From an uncultured Veillonellaceae bacterium (GTDB lineage Bacteria > Bacillota > Negativicutes > JARBTT01), in contig CAWDTA010000004.1 in the NCBI GenBank assembly GCA_963805085.1, positions 32,001-96,000 on the forward strand: a DNA stretch of 64,000 nucleotides. The letters are read 5' to 3'. This document shows positions 19,715 to 29,284 of the stretch, piece after piece. The first letter of the stretch is position 1, and each line of letters begins with the position of its first letter. The notes under the pieces are model-generated. The model worked only from the letters and a program-made list of their open reading frames with translations, was not told the origin of the DNA and made no database searches. The translations under genes were made by a program, and so were the position numbers.

Positions 19715-19987
19715 TTATTTTTTGCCTCCGCCCCAGGCAAATCCATGTTGAACGAGAGTCGCTTCTAATGAACTGACTTCTTCTTCATCATCAACATGTA
19801 CAAGATATTCTTTTAATTCCTCTAAACTGAACGCATAGCCATATTCCTTAGCTAGTTCTATTGTTGAGCAAAGAATTTTTTCAACATTAAATTCGCCCAT
19901 ATTTAATTGATCCAATCGATCCGCCAAAACATCATCTTTGTCAACTTGTTCATAAAAATTTTTCACTACATTATTCATTATCTTCAT
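19715..19987 (-). CDS. Nif11-like leader peptide protein
   Basis: KNFYEQVDKD..L..L and LAKEYGYAFSLEEL resemble Nif11-family leaders; acidic stretch and Gly-rich end. Confidence 0.6.
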   Translation of the reverse strand: MKIMNNVVKNFYEQVDKDDVLADRLDQLNMGEFNVEKILCSTIELAKEYGYAFSLEELKEYLVHVDDEEEVSSLEATLVQHGFAWGGGKK

Positions 19988-20330
19988 CGCTCCAATTTAT
20001 TTATTTTCTATCCTTTATTGTTTAGTTATTATTTCACTACAAATGATTGGTATATTCTAATCACCCGATCTAAATTCCTTCTCTATAATGAAATTGATTA
20101 CATTTAACAATTATGAACTCTTATCGTTAACGATATTCTCCATTAATTTTATAAATTTAACTACTAGACTTTATCGTTCACTATTTTCAATGTATAATTT
20201 GCATATTTATAATCAAAATACTCATTTCTAGGGTAGACATATTAAATTATTGCTATATAATATATAGCATACCTTGTATAACAAATTTCATATACATAAG
20301 GTATTTATAATTTTAAAGGAAGCAGGTGTT

Positions 20331-21800
20331 ATGATGAACTTAAATTCTATCATGAAAACGTATGGTTTATTTATTGGTCTTTTTGTTTTATTTTCCATTA
20401 TGCTCATCCCAACACCAGAAGGATTAACGATAGCAGGTCACCGCATGTTAGCCATTTTGGTGTTCTCGGTTATTATTTGGATGACGGAGTGTATATCTTA
20501 TCCAGTTAGCGCGGCTGTCATCATGGCGCTAATGGCATTTTTACTTGGAACTGCACCAGATGTCGCTAACCCGCTTACGAAGCTAGGTACGAGCAAAGGT
20601 CTAGCTTTGGCTTTATCTGGTTTTAGCAATACTTCCCTTGCCTTGGTTGGTGCTGCCTTATTTTTAGCGGCAGCAATGATGAAAACGGGGCTCGACAAAC
20701 GTATTGCTCTCGCAGTTTTAGCTAAAATTGGTGCCAAAACCAACCGTGTATTAGCTGGAGTTATTTTCGTTGGGTTCCTTCTTAGTTTCTTTGTGCCTAG
20801 CACGACGGCTCGTGTTTCCTGTATGGTTCCAATCGTACTTGGGATTATCACGACCTTTGGTGTTAGTAAAAAGAGTAAATTTGCTGGAGTTATGATGATC
20901 GCTGTAGCGCAAGCTGATAGTATCTGGAATGTAGGGATTAAAACAGCAGCGGCGCAAAATATGATTGCGTTAAATTTCATTGAAAAGCAACTCGGACAAT
21001 ATGTTAGCTGGATGGATTGGTTTATTATTGCCGCACCATTTTCATTATTAATGTCCATCGCCTTATATTTTGTTTTACTGAAATTAATGCCTCCTGAAAT
21101 GGATGAAGTTGCTGGCGGACAAGAAACGATTGCCAGAGAATTAAAAAACTTAGGGCCAATGAAAGCCGATGAAAAGAAATTGATGATTATGTCGTTAATT
21201 TTATTAGGCTTCTGGTCAACAGAAAGCATTTTACATAATTTTGATACATCTTCCACAACCATTGTTGCCGTAACACTTATGTTGTTACCAAAAATCGGCA
21301 TTATGAATTGGAAAGAAGCCCAAGAACGTATTGGCTGGGGGACATTGTTACTATTTGGTGTTGGTATCAGTCTAGGTTCTGCTATATTATCGACAAAAGC
21401 AGCTTCTTGGATTGCAACTTGTATGGTAAGCTACTTCGGTTTTGCCAATATGACCACCTTTGGTATTCTTGCAATCTTAGCTGCTTTCCTCATCATCATT
21501 CATCTCGGTTTTGCCAGTGCTACCGCTTTGTCGGCTGCAATGATCCCAATTGTGATCTCAATCTTACAAAACCTCAACAACCCACTTATTAACGTTGTTG
21601 GTATGACGATGATCTTACAATATGTTATCTGCTTTGGCTTCATACTACCAGTAAATGCACCACAAAACATGGTTGCTTTTGGAACCGAAACATTCGAAGC
21701 AAAGGACTTTATCAAAACAGGAATTCCTCTCACAATTATAGCGTATCTATTGATTCTTCTCCTTGCAGCAACCTATTGGAAATGGATTGGCATTGTATAA
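20331..21800 (+). CDS. DASS-family (SLC13) anion/dicarboxylate:sodium symporter
   Basis: Highly hydrophobic; TGLDKRIA, VPSTTAR, FILPVNAPQN motifs. Confidence 0.9.
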   Translation: MMNLNSIMKTYGLFIGLFVLFSIMLIPTPEGLTIAGHRMLAILVFSVIIWMTECISYPVSAAVIMALMAFLLGTAPDVANPLTKLGTSKGLALALSGFSNTSLALVGAALFLAAAMMKTGLDKRIALAVLAKIGAKTNRVLAGVIFVGFLLSFFVPSTTARVSCMVPIVLGIITTFGVSKKSKFAGVMMIAVAQADSIWNVGIKTAAAQNMIALNFIEKQLGQYVSWMDWFIIAAPFSLLMSIALYFVLLKLMPPEMDEVAGGQETIARELKNLGPMKADEKKLMIMSLILLGFWSTESILHNFDTSSTTIVAVTLMLLPKIGIMNWKEAQERIGWGTLLLFGVGISLGSAILSTKAASWIATCMVSYFGFANMTTFGILAILAAFLIIIHLGFASATALSAAMIPIVISILQNLNNPLINVVGMTMILQYVICFGFILPVNAPQNMVAFGTETFEAKDFIKTGIPLTIIAYLLILLLAATYWKWIGIV

Positions 21801-21810
21801 ATTACTGGCT

Positions 21811-22052
21811 TTAGGCTGTCGACAAAATAAAATATTTGTGTCGATGATTTAGAAAATATCTAAATCCGCTCCACTTATAAACTAGTACGAAGATAGGCTG
21901 CTGGTTGGTGAGAAGTGCTCAGATGCTAGGCACAGTAAGGAGTTACGTAGGAATCGTACTTTCGTACGTCGACGAGCAGCACCTTGTCGGAGGGCGCAGA
22001 TGAATGCTTATCGCCGACCCGCGACCTGTCTGTCCATAGTTTGTCTATAGTT
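21811..22052 (+). repeat. GC-rich structured intergenic element (long hairpin; MITE or ncRNA)
   Basis: Arms 21892-21926 and 21996-22030 pair with 6 G-U wobbles on +; imperfect end repeats CTGTCGACAAA / TTTGTCTATAG. Confidence 0.6.
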
Positions 22053-22090
22053 AAAAAGCCAGCGATTAAAATCGCTGGCTTTTTAACTAT
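22047..22090. terminator. Bidirectional terminator
   Basis: ATAGTTAAAAAGCCAGCGATT perfect inverted repeat. Confidence 0.85.
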
Positions 22091-22096
22091 GAATTT

Positions 22097-22645
22097 TTAT
22101 TTTTTAGCTTTCATCGCTTTACTAAATTCTTTATAAAAAACTTTAGTCAAATGTTTATAATTTACCATATTATCATCGGATGTAGAAGAAGCAACAATTT
22201 GATACGTAAAGACAGGCTGTTTTGTTGCCGCTGAATATACATCATAGAATACCATAACACGTGTATTATGTACGATGGTTGCCACCATATAAAGATCTGT
22301 ATATTTTTCCATTTGGCTGTTAAAAATACTTTCGGCCTTTTGGGCATCTTCTACTCTTAATTTCGGAAGATCAATCGCAGAATCACGTAAAATATTTTCA
22401 TCAATGTCTGCAGTATTCAAAGCATACATATTTAAGCTTTGTGCCTCTAGATACATCATATCTGTTAATTCGTCAGAAGTAACTTGACCTTCAGTAAAAG
22501 TATAATTAGGTTTAACGATTAAAAGCTTATGTGCTTTTGAGAAATCATAGCTAGTGTCAGTCCATGCCTGTGCTGCAGCTGAAACCAATTGTACATTAAG
22601 CAATACGAAACATACAATGATAAATAATTGTGAAATTTTTTTCAT
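22097..22645 (-). CDS. Exported hypothetical protein
   Basis: Signal peptide, RBS AGAGGAG; SigH-like AGAGGAGTT-11-AGAGAATTT upstream. Confidence 0.7.
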   Translation of the reverse strand: MKKISQLFIIVCFVLLNVQLVSAAAQAWTDTSYDFSKAHKLLIVKPNYTFTEGQVTSDELTDMMYLEAQSLNMYALNTADIDENILRDSAIDLPKLRVEDAQKAESIFNSQMEKYTDLYMVATIVHNTRVMVFYDVYSAATKQPVFTYQIVASSTSDDNMVNYKHLTKVFYKEFSKAMKAKK

Positions 22646-22983
22646 CGGTAAATACTCTCCTCTTTATTAAAAATTAATTCTTTATATAAAATTCTCTATT
22701 TTACGCATAACTCCTCTTTGTGTTAAGATTTTTCGTTTTGTTATTTACGGGATTGGATAATGATATCTATATTGTATTCCTATCTACCTAAGTAAATTTC
22801 GTTATGTTTTTATCTTCTTGTAAATTTCGACATAATTTTACTTTTATCGTATGATATGATAAGAGATATGTTTATCGTAGCAAACAGATCCAAAATAAGC
22901 CCCCTCATTTACAAGCAAAATTTTATACATTTCTTTAATCCAACCATTAACAAATTACAAAATATAAGGAGCTAACAATTATT

Positions 22984-23355
22984 ATGACAGACTCAGTTGC
23001 AAAAAAAGTAACACCATTATCAGAAGTAAATATTAAACAAAAATCTAAAGCATACTATTATTCAACCGACAATACCAAAGAAACGAAGGAAAATTGCTCA
23101 GAACAAGAAAGAAACTTACCTATTTCAAGTGAAGAGCTTGCATTATGGATAAATGATAAGCTAGCTACCCCTTCTATTTCTACTATGACACAAACAAAGG
23201 AAACTATATCCAAGGGCAATATAGAAAATAAATTTATTAATGAAATAAGCACCCTTGCTCAATATATAATTACGCATCCAAATGAAGTTCAAATTATGTT
23301 TAATGCACTACCTCAAAGTGTTAAATATCAAATAAGTCAATGTGATGGTAAATAA
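22984..23355 (+). CDS. Hypothetical protein
   Basis: 123-aa ORF with RBS AAGGAG; no recognisable motif. Confidence 0.6.
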   Translation: MTDSVAKKVTPLSEVNIKQKSKAYYYSTDNTKETKENCSEQERNLPISSEELALWINDKLATPSISTMTQTKETISKGNIENKFINEISTLAQYIITHPNEVQIMFNALPQSVKYQISQCDGK

Positions 23356-23373
23356 TTCAACGGAGGAGCTATT

Positions 23374-23686
23374 ATTATAAAATTACAAATTACACCTGAA
23401 GCAAAACAACTTATCGTGAATCACGGTTCTCAAATAATGGTGAACATCGAAAGAGAACAATGTTATGCTTGTGCTGGTCAGTCACGTCGATTTACCTTCC
23501 CTATCTGCACAAGTAGGTATCCCTAAAGATTTTCTACTAAACGGATATGAAATATTGACCGAGAATGATATTACTATCTATGTACATAATGTATTTGAAA
23601 AGTATGATATAATGGACACACTTGCTATCATTTTGAATGACTCACTTGCTACATTAGTGATATATGGAATAGTTCCACAGAATTAA
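23374..23686 (+). pseudogene. Frameshifted HesB/IscA-like CxxC protein (CC/Se-motif family-like)
   Basis: After GGAGGAG: IKLQITPEAKQLI..CYACAG in one frame, continuing as DLPSLSAQVGIPKD..DITIYVH in the +1 frame. Confidence 0.5.
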
Positions 23687-23752
23687 TCTCCTGTGAAATT
23701 CACGATTAAACCTTATAAGGATATTTAATAAAAACAAGAGGAGCGACTACTC

Positions 23753-24406
23753 ATGAGAAAAATTTCTATTTTGTCTTTAATCTTAATATTTTCTTTTTCT
23801 TGTACTGCCTTTGCATTTAATAATTTGCACCTAGTTACGTCAAATAACTATAATATGATATATATTGATAACGATAGTATAAAATATGGTACTACGTCGA
23901 CCGATTCTGATGATTCTTCATCAGATACAACACCAACTACAGCCTCAACCACGACGTCATCTGCAACATCGTCTACAACATCATCTACGGCGTCAACCAC
24001 GACGTCATCTGCAACATCGTCTACAACATCATCTACGGCGTCATCCACGACATCATCTACAGAAACAATAAATACAAATATAATAACCTATTATGAAACG
24101 GTCAGATTAAGCAACGAGGGATTGCAAGGCTTAATTTTAAGTAAGCAAAAAGAAAATAATCATCTTGCAAAATGGGATCAAGTATCATATTTCACTACAT
24201 TTTATTCAATAAATCTCGAAAATAAAACGATCCATGCAGAAACACAATGGTTTTATGATCATAATGGAGTTCTCTTATATTCATGGCTTTCTGGCAGAAG
24301 TAAACTCTGGAAAGAAATTAATCCCGGCACCGTTATAGAAGCTAGTTATAAATATGTCACCTCTTATGTCACTGACCATGCTAGTGAACTAAAGACTCTC
24401 GATTAA
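23753..24406 (+). CDS. Exported protein with Ser/Thr-rich repeat insert
   Basis: Signal peptide AFA, YIDNDSI motif, low-complexity S/T tract. Confidence 0.75.
   Translation: MRKISILSLILIFSFSCTAFAFNNLHLVTSNNYNMIYIDNDSIKYGTTSTDSDDSSSDTTPTTASTTTSSATSSTTSSTASTTTSSATSSTTSSTASSTTSSTETINTNIITYYETVRLSNEGLQGLILSKQKENNHLAKWDQVSYFTTFYSINLENKTIHAETQWFYDHNGVLLYSWLSGRSKLWKEINPGTVIEASYKYVTSYVTDHASELKTLD
23942..24060 (+). repeat. 48-bp in-frame tandem repeat (~2.5 copies)
   Basis: GC(C/G)TCAACCACGACGTCATCTGCAACATCGTCTACAACATCATCTACG twice plus a partial third copy. Confidence 0.9.
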
Positions 24407-24622
24407 TCTATTTTTAAGATTGCAACTTATAAAATGAACAGTAACGGTTTACTACATAAAATAAGCTACGTCCTCTACTTGCATTTTTAATGAAACTATT
24501 ACTCAAAAAATTTATACCATACCGGCAAGACAATTAAAAAGCTCTTTGGTGTAATAGACATGTAATCAATTTGTGTATTACATGTCTATCACACGTCAAT
24601 TTCCTCTACTCTTGCACACAAC

Positions 24623-24660
24623 AAAAAAGCCCTTGAAAGCTCAATGCTTTCAAGGGTTTT
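24623..24660 (-). terminator. rplM-rpsI terminator
   Basis: CCCTTGAAAGC inverted repeat with U-run on minus strand. Confidence 0.85.
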
Positions 24661-24673
24661 AATTTCGTTACTA

Positions 24674-25066
24674 TTAACGTTTTGAGAACTGGGATGCTTT
24701 ACGAGCTTTTTTCAAGCCGTATTTACGACGTTCTTTTTCACGTGGATCACGTGTGATGAAACCAGCTTTTTTAAGAGCAGGACGGAATTCAGCGTCCACT
24801 TTAAGAAGTGCACGTGTAATACCGTGACGAATAGCGCCAGCTTGTCCTGATGGACCGCCGCCCTCTACCTTTGCGATTACATCGTATTTACCAAGAGTCT
24901 CAGTCAAGTTTAAAGGTTGTTTAATAATCAATTCAAGAGTTTTTAAACCGAAATAAGCTTTTAACTCACGATCATTGATAATTACGTTGCCTTCACCTGG
25001 AACCAGACGAACTCTGGCAACTGAAGTTTTTCTGCGGCCTGTGCCGTAGTAAGTGACTAATGCCAT
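24674..25066 (-). CDS. rpsI: 30S ribosomal protein S9
   Basis: GTGRRK..SQFSKR. Confidence 0.99.
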   Translation of the reverse strand: MALVTYYGTGRRKTSVARVRLVPGEGNVIINDRELKAYFGLKTLELIIKQPLNLTETLGKYDVIAKVEGGGPSGQAGAIRHGITRALLKVDAEFRPALKKAGFITRDPREKERRKYGLKKARKASQFSKR

Positions 25067-25088
25067 TAAAATGTTCCTCCTTCCAGTA

Positions 25089-25529
25089 TTATCTTATATT
25101 AATTTCAAGTACTTCTGGTTGTTGAGCAGCATGTGGATGCTCAGCTCCAGCATATACGTTTAATTTTGTGTACATTTGTGCACCTAATCTATTCTTAGGT
25201 AACATACCCTTAACAGCCATTTCAACGACTCTTTCAGGTCTAGTAGCTAACATTTTGCCAGCTGTTGTAAACGTAGTTCCTCCTGGATATCCAGAATGAC
25301 GGAAATAAGTCTTTTGGATCAATTTCTTACCAGTGAATACTACTTTATCTGCATTGATAACGATGACATGGTCACCAGTATCAACATGAGGTGTAAAAGT
25401 TGGTTTATGTTTACCACGAAGCACTTTCGCAACTTCAGCAGCTAATCTACCTACAGTTTTACCTTCAGCGTCTACAACGTACCATTTACGTTCGATGTTG
25501 GATACGTTTGCCATAAACGTTGTTTTCAT
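25089..25529 (-). CDS. rplM: 50S ribosomal protein L13
   Basis: [16 protein letters not shown]. Confidence 0.99.
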   Translation of the reverse strand: MKTTFMANVSNIERKWYVVDAEGKTVGRLAAEVAKVLRGKHKPTFTPHVDTGDHVIVINADKVVFTGKKLIQKTYFRHSGYPGGTTFTTAGKMLATRPERVVEMAVKGMLPKNRLGAQMYTKLNVYAGAEHPHAAQQPEVLEINIR

Positions 25530-25574
25530 TCGACATTTCCCTCCTTGTCACAAACTTTCTAAAGTTCAAATCAT

Positions 25575-25642
25575 AAAATCATCATTGTGAAGATTCGTCC
25601 TGACTTCCGGGGCTAATGGAAATCTCGGTAAAAGCCTCATAA
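25575..25642 (-). ncRNA. Probable L13 leader RNA
   Basis: 5' UTR of rplM with ATTAGCCCCGGAA core; TTGACA-17-TAAAAT promoter at 25675-25647; ends approximate. Confidence 0.6.
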
Positions 25643-25715
25643 AAACATTTTAATAAAAATAGCAAGTATTGTCAAGCTATTTCTATTAAATTTTCATTAT
25701 GTAACTACCATATCT

Positions 25716-25740
25716 TTATCCACACATTTTCTGTGGATAA
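25716..25740. promoter_or_regulatory. Inverted pair of perfect DnaA boxes
   Basis: TTATCCACA-7 nt-TGTGGATAA. Confidence 0.7.
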
Positions 25741-25906
25741 TTAACAACATTAAATATTATATCAATATCCAATCAATTTGTATAGTCTTTCTACAAATAA
25801 ATTAAAATATTCAATAATCACCGCAAAATTTTTCTTTCTTACCTATACCTAAGTGACATTAATTTTTAAACGATCACTTGGTATCCATTTATTTTATAAA
25901 AGTAAC

Positions 25907-26677
25907 TTAATAATTTACCTTTTTTAAATAGAGTCCTTGCGCTGGGGCAGTCATACCTGCCTTTTTCCTGTCTTTCCCCTCTAAGATGACTTTGAAGCCC
26001 TCTAGTGTAGTCTTACCTTTACCGACATTCACAAGCGTGCCTACGAGGTTACGCACCATATGATAGAGAAACCCATTCCCCCAAAAAAGAAATTCAATCG
26101 TATCCCCTTGAAACTTACAGTTTGCTTCAAAGATTGTACGAACTGGATGCATCGGTGCACTACCAACTGCACGAAATGCCGAAAAGTCATGCGTTCCCAC
26201 AATATATTGCATCGCTTTATTCATTTTATCCACATCTAACTCTTTGCGAATATACCATGCATATTGGCGCTTGAATGGATCTAATACTTCACCTTGTTGA
26301 ATTTTATAAATATAAACTTTATCCTTGGCACAGTGACGTGCACTAAAATCTAGTGCAACTTCCTCTGCAGAGCGCACCACAATATCCGCTGGTAAATGAC
26401 TATTGATAGCCCTCACCACGCGATCAATTGGAATCGTTCCTTCTGTCAAAAAGTTAACGACCTGCCCATAGGCGTGCACTCCAGCATCCGTTCTCCCTGA
26501 GGCCGCAAGTTTTATTTCTCCGCCAAAAACAATCGCTAATTTTTTTTCTAATACATTCTGCACCGATATTGCATTGTTCTGCCGTTGAAACCCATGATAC
26601 TTGCCACCGTCATAGGCAAGGATTAATTTAATATTGCGTATTTTTTTTTCTTCTGGACCATAAGCTTGTTCTTTCAT
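25907..26677 (-). CDS. truA: tRNA pseudouridine(38-40) synthase
   Basis: SGRTDAGVHA, FLYHMVR, TAPAQGL. Confidence 0.97.
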   Translation of the reverse strand: MKEQAYGPEEKKIRNIKLILAYDGGKYHGFQRQNNAISVQNVLEKKLAIVFGGEIKLAASGRTDAGVHAYGQVVNFLTEGTIPIDRVVRAINSHLPADIVVRSAEEVALDFSARHCAKDKVYIYKIQQGEVLDPFKRQYAWYIRKELDVDKMNKAMQYIVGTHDFSAFRAVGSAPMHPVRTIFEANCKFQGDTIEFLFWGNGFLYHMVRNLVGTLVNVGKGKTTLEGFKVILEGKDRKKAGMTAPAQGLYLKKVNY

Positions 26678-26678
26678 T

Positions 26679-27482
26679 TTATAAACCATGTACCTTCATC
26701 ACAAATAAACCAATTAAAAGCGCAGTCATAACAATCCCTGCTTTATAATCGACTGAAGTTATGCATAACACTTTCATTCTTGTTCTATTTTCTCCACCAC
26801 GATAACACCGAGCTTCCATGGCAACCGCTAAATCGTCCGCTCTGCGAAAAGCACTAATAAAAAGTGGTACAAGTAATGGAATCATGCCTTTGACACGTTT
26901 TACAATACTACCAGAGCTAAAATCTGCCCCTCTAGCTTCTTGTGCTTTCATGATACGCTCAGTTTCTTCTAATAAGGTAGGGATAAACCGAAGCGCAATT
27001 GTCATCATCATTGCCAACTCATGCGCTGGCAATCCAAATTTTTTAAAGGGCGTTAGTAACTTCTCCAAAGCATCTGTTAACGTGATTGGTGATGTCGTAA
27101 AGGTTAGTAACGACGACAATACGATTAATAGAATTAACCTAATTGACATCAGTGCCGCCTGCTGTATACCTTCTTGTGTAATAGATAAAATCCACACCTT
27201 AGCAATCGCTTCCCCTGGCGTTGTAAAAATATGAATCAATACGGTAAATATAATAATCCACCATAACGGCTTGATCGATTTGATCACCATCATCATTGGC
27301 ACATTTGATAAAAGAATAGTAACTAAGGTGAAAAAACAAATAAGACCATATGTCATTGGCGTATTCACAATAAAAATAGCTGTAATTAAGAGTAATAAAT
27401 ACATAATTTTCATTCGTGGATCTAGTCGATGTATGAGCGAATTACCCGGGAAATATTGCCCGATTGTGATATCTGTTAGCAA
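26679..27482 (-). CDS. ecfT: ECF transporter T component
   Basis: LDPRMK, ALRFIP, two ARG/ARC motifs. Confidence 0.95.
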   Translation of the reverse strand: MLTDITIGQYFPGNSLIHRLDPRMKIMYLLLLITAIFIVNTPMTYGLICFFTLVTILLSNVPMMMVIKSIKPLWWIIIFTVLIHIFTTPGEAIAKVWILSITQEGIQQAALMSIRLILLIVLSSLLTFTTSPITLTDALEKLLTPFKKFGLPAHELAMMMTIALRFIPTLLEETERIMKAQEARGADFSSGSIVKRVKGMIPLLVPLFISAFRRADDLAVAMEARCYRGGENRTRMKVLCITSVDYKAGIVMTALLIGLFVMKVHGL

Positions 27483-28339
27483 GATTTTTTCCTCCTCAAT
27501 GAGGCAACAATGCTTTCTACGGCATCGTCAACAGTTAAAATGTGTTCATCAATATCTAGTCCAGCAACCTTTAATCGATTTAATAAAGCCGTCACCTGTG
27601 GCACATCAACACCGGCTGCCTTTAATGCTTCTGTGTGTTTAAATATTTCTTGTGGTGGTCCATCTAGGCTAATTTCGCCTTCATGCATGACGATCAACCT
27701 ATTTGCCATTTTGGCAACATCATCCATATTATGGGACACCAAAACAATAGTTATCTCTGTCTTTTTATGTAAATCGATCAGTTTTGTAAAAATATCATCG
27801 CGACCACAAGGATCAAGTCCAGCCGCTGGTTCATCTAAAATAAGATATTGTGGTTGCAGTGCCACTACACCAGCAATTGCCACACGTCGCATTTGCCCAC
27901 CACTTAGCTGAAAAGGAGAACGATCTTGGTAGGTAGCAAAATCTAAATGAACAAACTCCATAGCCCTTCGAACCCGTTTATCGACTTCTTCTTCTGAACA
28001 TCCCAAATTTCTGGGACCAAATGCAATATCAGCATACACTGTTTCTTCAAAAAGCTGATGCTCTGGATATTGAAAAACCATTCCTACTCTACGCTTTGCG
28101 GCCTTTGCCGCTTCCCCTTTTTGGTTTAAATCAACTCCATTTACCATCACCATCCCTTGTTTTGGTTTTAATAAACCGTTGAGATGTTGTACTAGCGTAG
28201 ATTTTCCAGAACCAGTATGACCAATGATAGCAACAAATTCGCCTTCGTTAATTTCTAAATTGATATCTTTGATTGCTGTCCGTTCAAAAGGAGTTTTCGC
28301 CATATAGGTATAGGTCGCATTTTTTAAAATGATTGACAT
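27476..28339 (-). CDS. ecfA2: ECF transporter ATPase 2
   Basis: GHTGSGKST, FQYPEHQLF. Confidence 0.93.
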   Translation of the reverse strand: MSIILKNATYTYMAKTPFERTAIKDINLEINEGEFVAIIGHTGSGKSTLVQHLNGLLKPKQGMVMVNGVDLNQKGEAAKAAKRRVGMVFQYPEHQLFEETVYADIAFGPRNLGCSEEEVDKRVRRAMEFVHLDFATYQDRSPFQLSGGQMRRVAIAGVVALQPQYLILDEPAAGLDPCGRDDIFTKLIDLHKKTEITIVLVSHNMDDVAKMANRLIVMHEGEISLDGPPQEIFKHTEALKAAGVDVPQVTALLNRLKVAGLDIDEHILTVDDAVESIVASLRRKKSC

Positions 28340-29163
28340 AATGCCACCACCAATTCTTCATCTGTAATGATATCAGCTGGTAACTTAATACCATTCTTTC
28401 TAAGCTGATAGGCAACTTGTGCAGCTAGGGGCACATCCAGACCAAGTTCTTTTAATTTTTTTACTTGCGTAAAGATAGTGCGCGGCGTTCCATCATCTAA
28501 TACACTGCCATTCTTCATAACAACAACCCGATCTGCTTCAACAGCCTCTTCCATAAAATGCGTAATATAAACAATCGTAATACCCAATCTTTTGTGTAAT
28601 TTTTTTACTGTTTCTAAAACTTCTAATCTACCTTGTGGATCGAGCATTGCTGTTGGTTCATCAAGTACTAAGCACTTGGTTTGCATCGCAAGTGCTCCGG
28701 CAATGGCAACACGTTGTTTTTGACCACCTGAAAGCAGATGTGGGGCATGTTTACGATATTCTTCCATGCCAACGGCTCTGAGCGCATTATCGACTCTACT
28801 TTTGATTTCATCACTTGGCACACCTAAGTTTTCTGGGCCAAAAGCAATATCTTCCTCAACTAAAGTTGCAACGATTTGATTATCAGGATTTTGAAATACC
28901 ATCCCAACTTTTTGCCGAATCGCCCATAGCTTATCGCTGGAATTGGTCTCGATACCGTCAATTATACAACTGCCACTTGTTGGTAATAAGAGTGCATTAA
29001 AATGCTTTGCCAGTGTAGATTTTCCCGAACCATTAGTTCCAATGATCGCTACAAATTCACCCTCATGAATTGTTAAGTTAATATCATGAAGAGCAATAAA
29101 TTCATTTGCCATATTTTCATTGTATATATATTGTAAATTTTCTACTTTAATCAACTGATTCAT
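28324..29163 (-). CDS. ecfA1: ECF transporter ATPase 1
   Basis: GTNGSGKST, FQNPDNQ. Confidence 0.93.
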   Translation of the reverse strand: MNQLIKVENLQYIYNENMANEFIALHDINLTIHEGEFVAIIGTNGSGKSTLAKHFNALLLPTSGSCIIDGIETNSSDKLWAIRQKVGMVFQNPDNQIVATLVEEDIAFGPENLGVPSDEIKSRVDNALRAVGMEEYRKHAPHLLSGGQKQRVAIAGALAMQTKCLVLDEPTAMLDPQGRLEVLETVKKLHKRLGITIVYITHFMEEAVEADRVVVMKNGSVLDDGTPRTIFTQVKKLKELGLDVPLAAQVAYQLRKNGIKLPADIITDEELVVALCQSF

Positions 29164-29193
29164 CGCGTTGCTCCTTTATCGCCTCTCATACAA

Positions 29194-29262
29194 AAAAATC
29201 GCCTTTATTGGTACGCAAAAGAAACCTTTGAAACATTTTCTTTTGTATACCAATAAAGGCGA
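29194..29262 (-). terminator. Long hairpin terminator after rplQ
   Basis: TCGCCTTTATTGGTA inverted repeat with U-run on minus strand. Confidence 0.7.
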
Positions 29263-29284
29263 CCACAAGGCCGCCTTTTAAGTA

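Noticed and set aside
20498-21301. 267-aa antisense ORF and the many other shadow ORFs opposite housekeeping genes
   Set aside because: They mirror well-supported genes on the other strand and have no motifs or RBS.
22826-22832. Spo0A-box-like TTCGACA (also near 25529 and 61614)
   Set aside because: A 7-mer is expected by chance several times in 64 kb; no supporting context.
23942-24060. Tandem repeat as a CRISPR array
   Set aside because: Units are contiguous with no unique spacers, in frame within a CDS, and no cas genes are present.
22984-24660. Integrative element at the rpsI 3' end
   Set aside because: AT-rich hypotheticals are present, but no integrase or duplicated rpsI end was found.
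25680-25900. Replication origin
   Set aside because: Only two boxes in the spacer and no dnaA, dnaN or gidA context.
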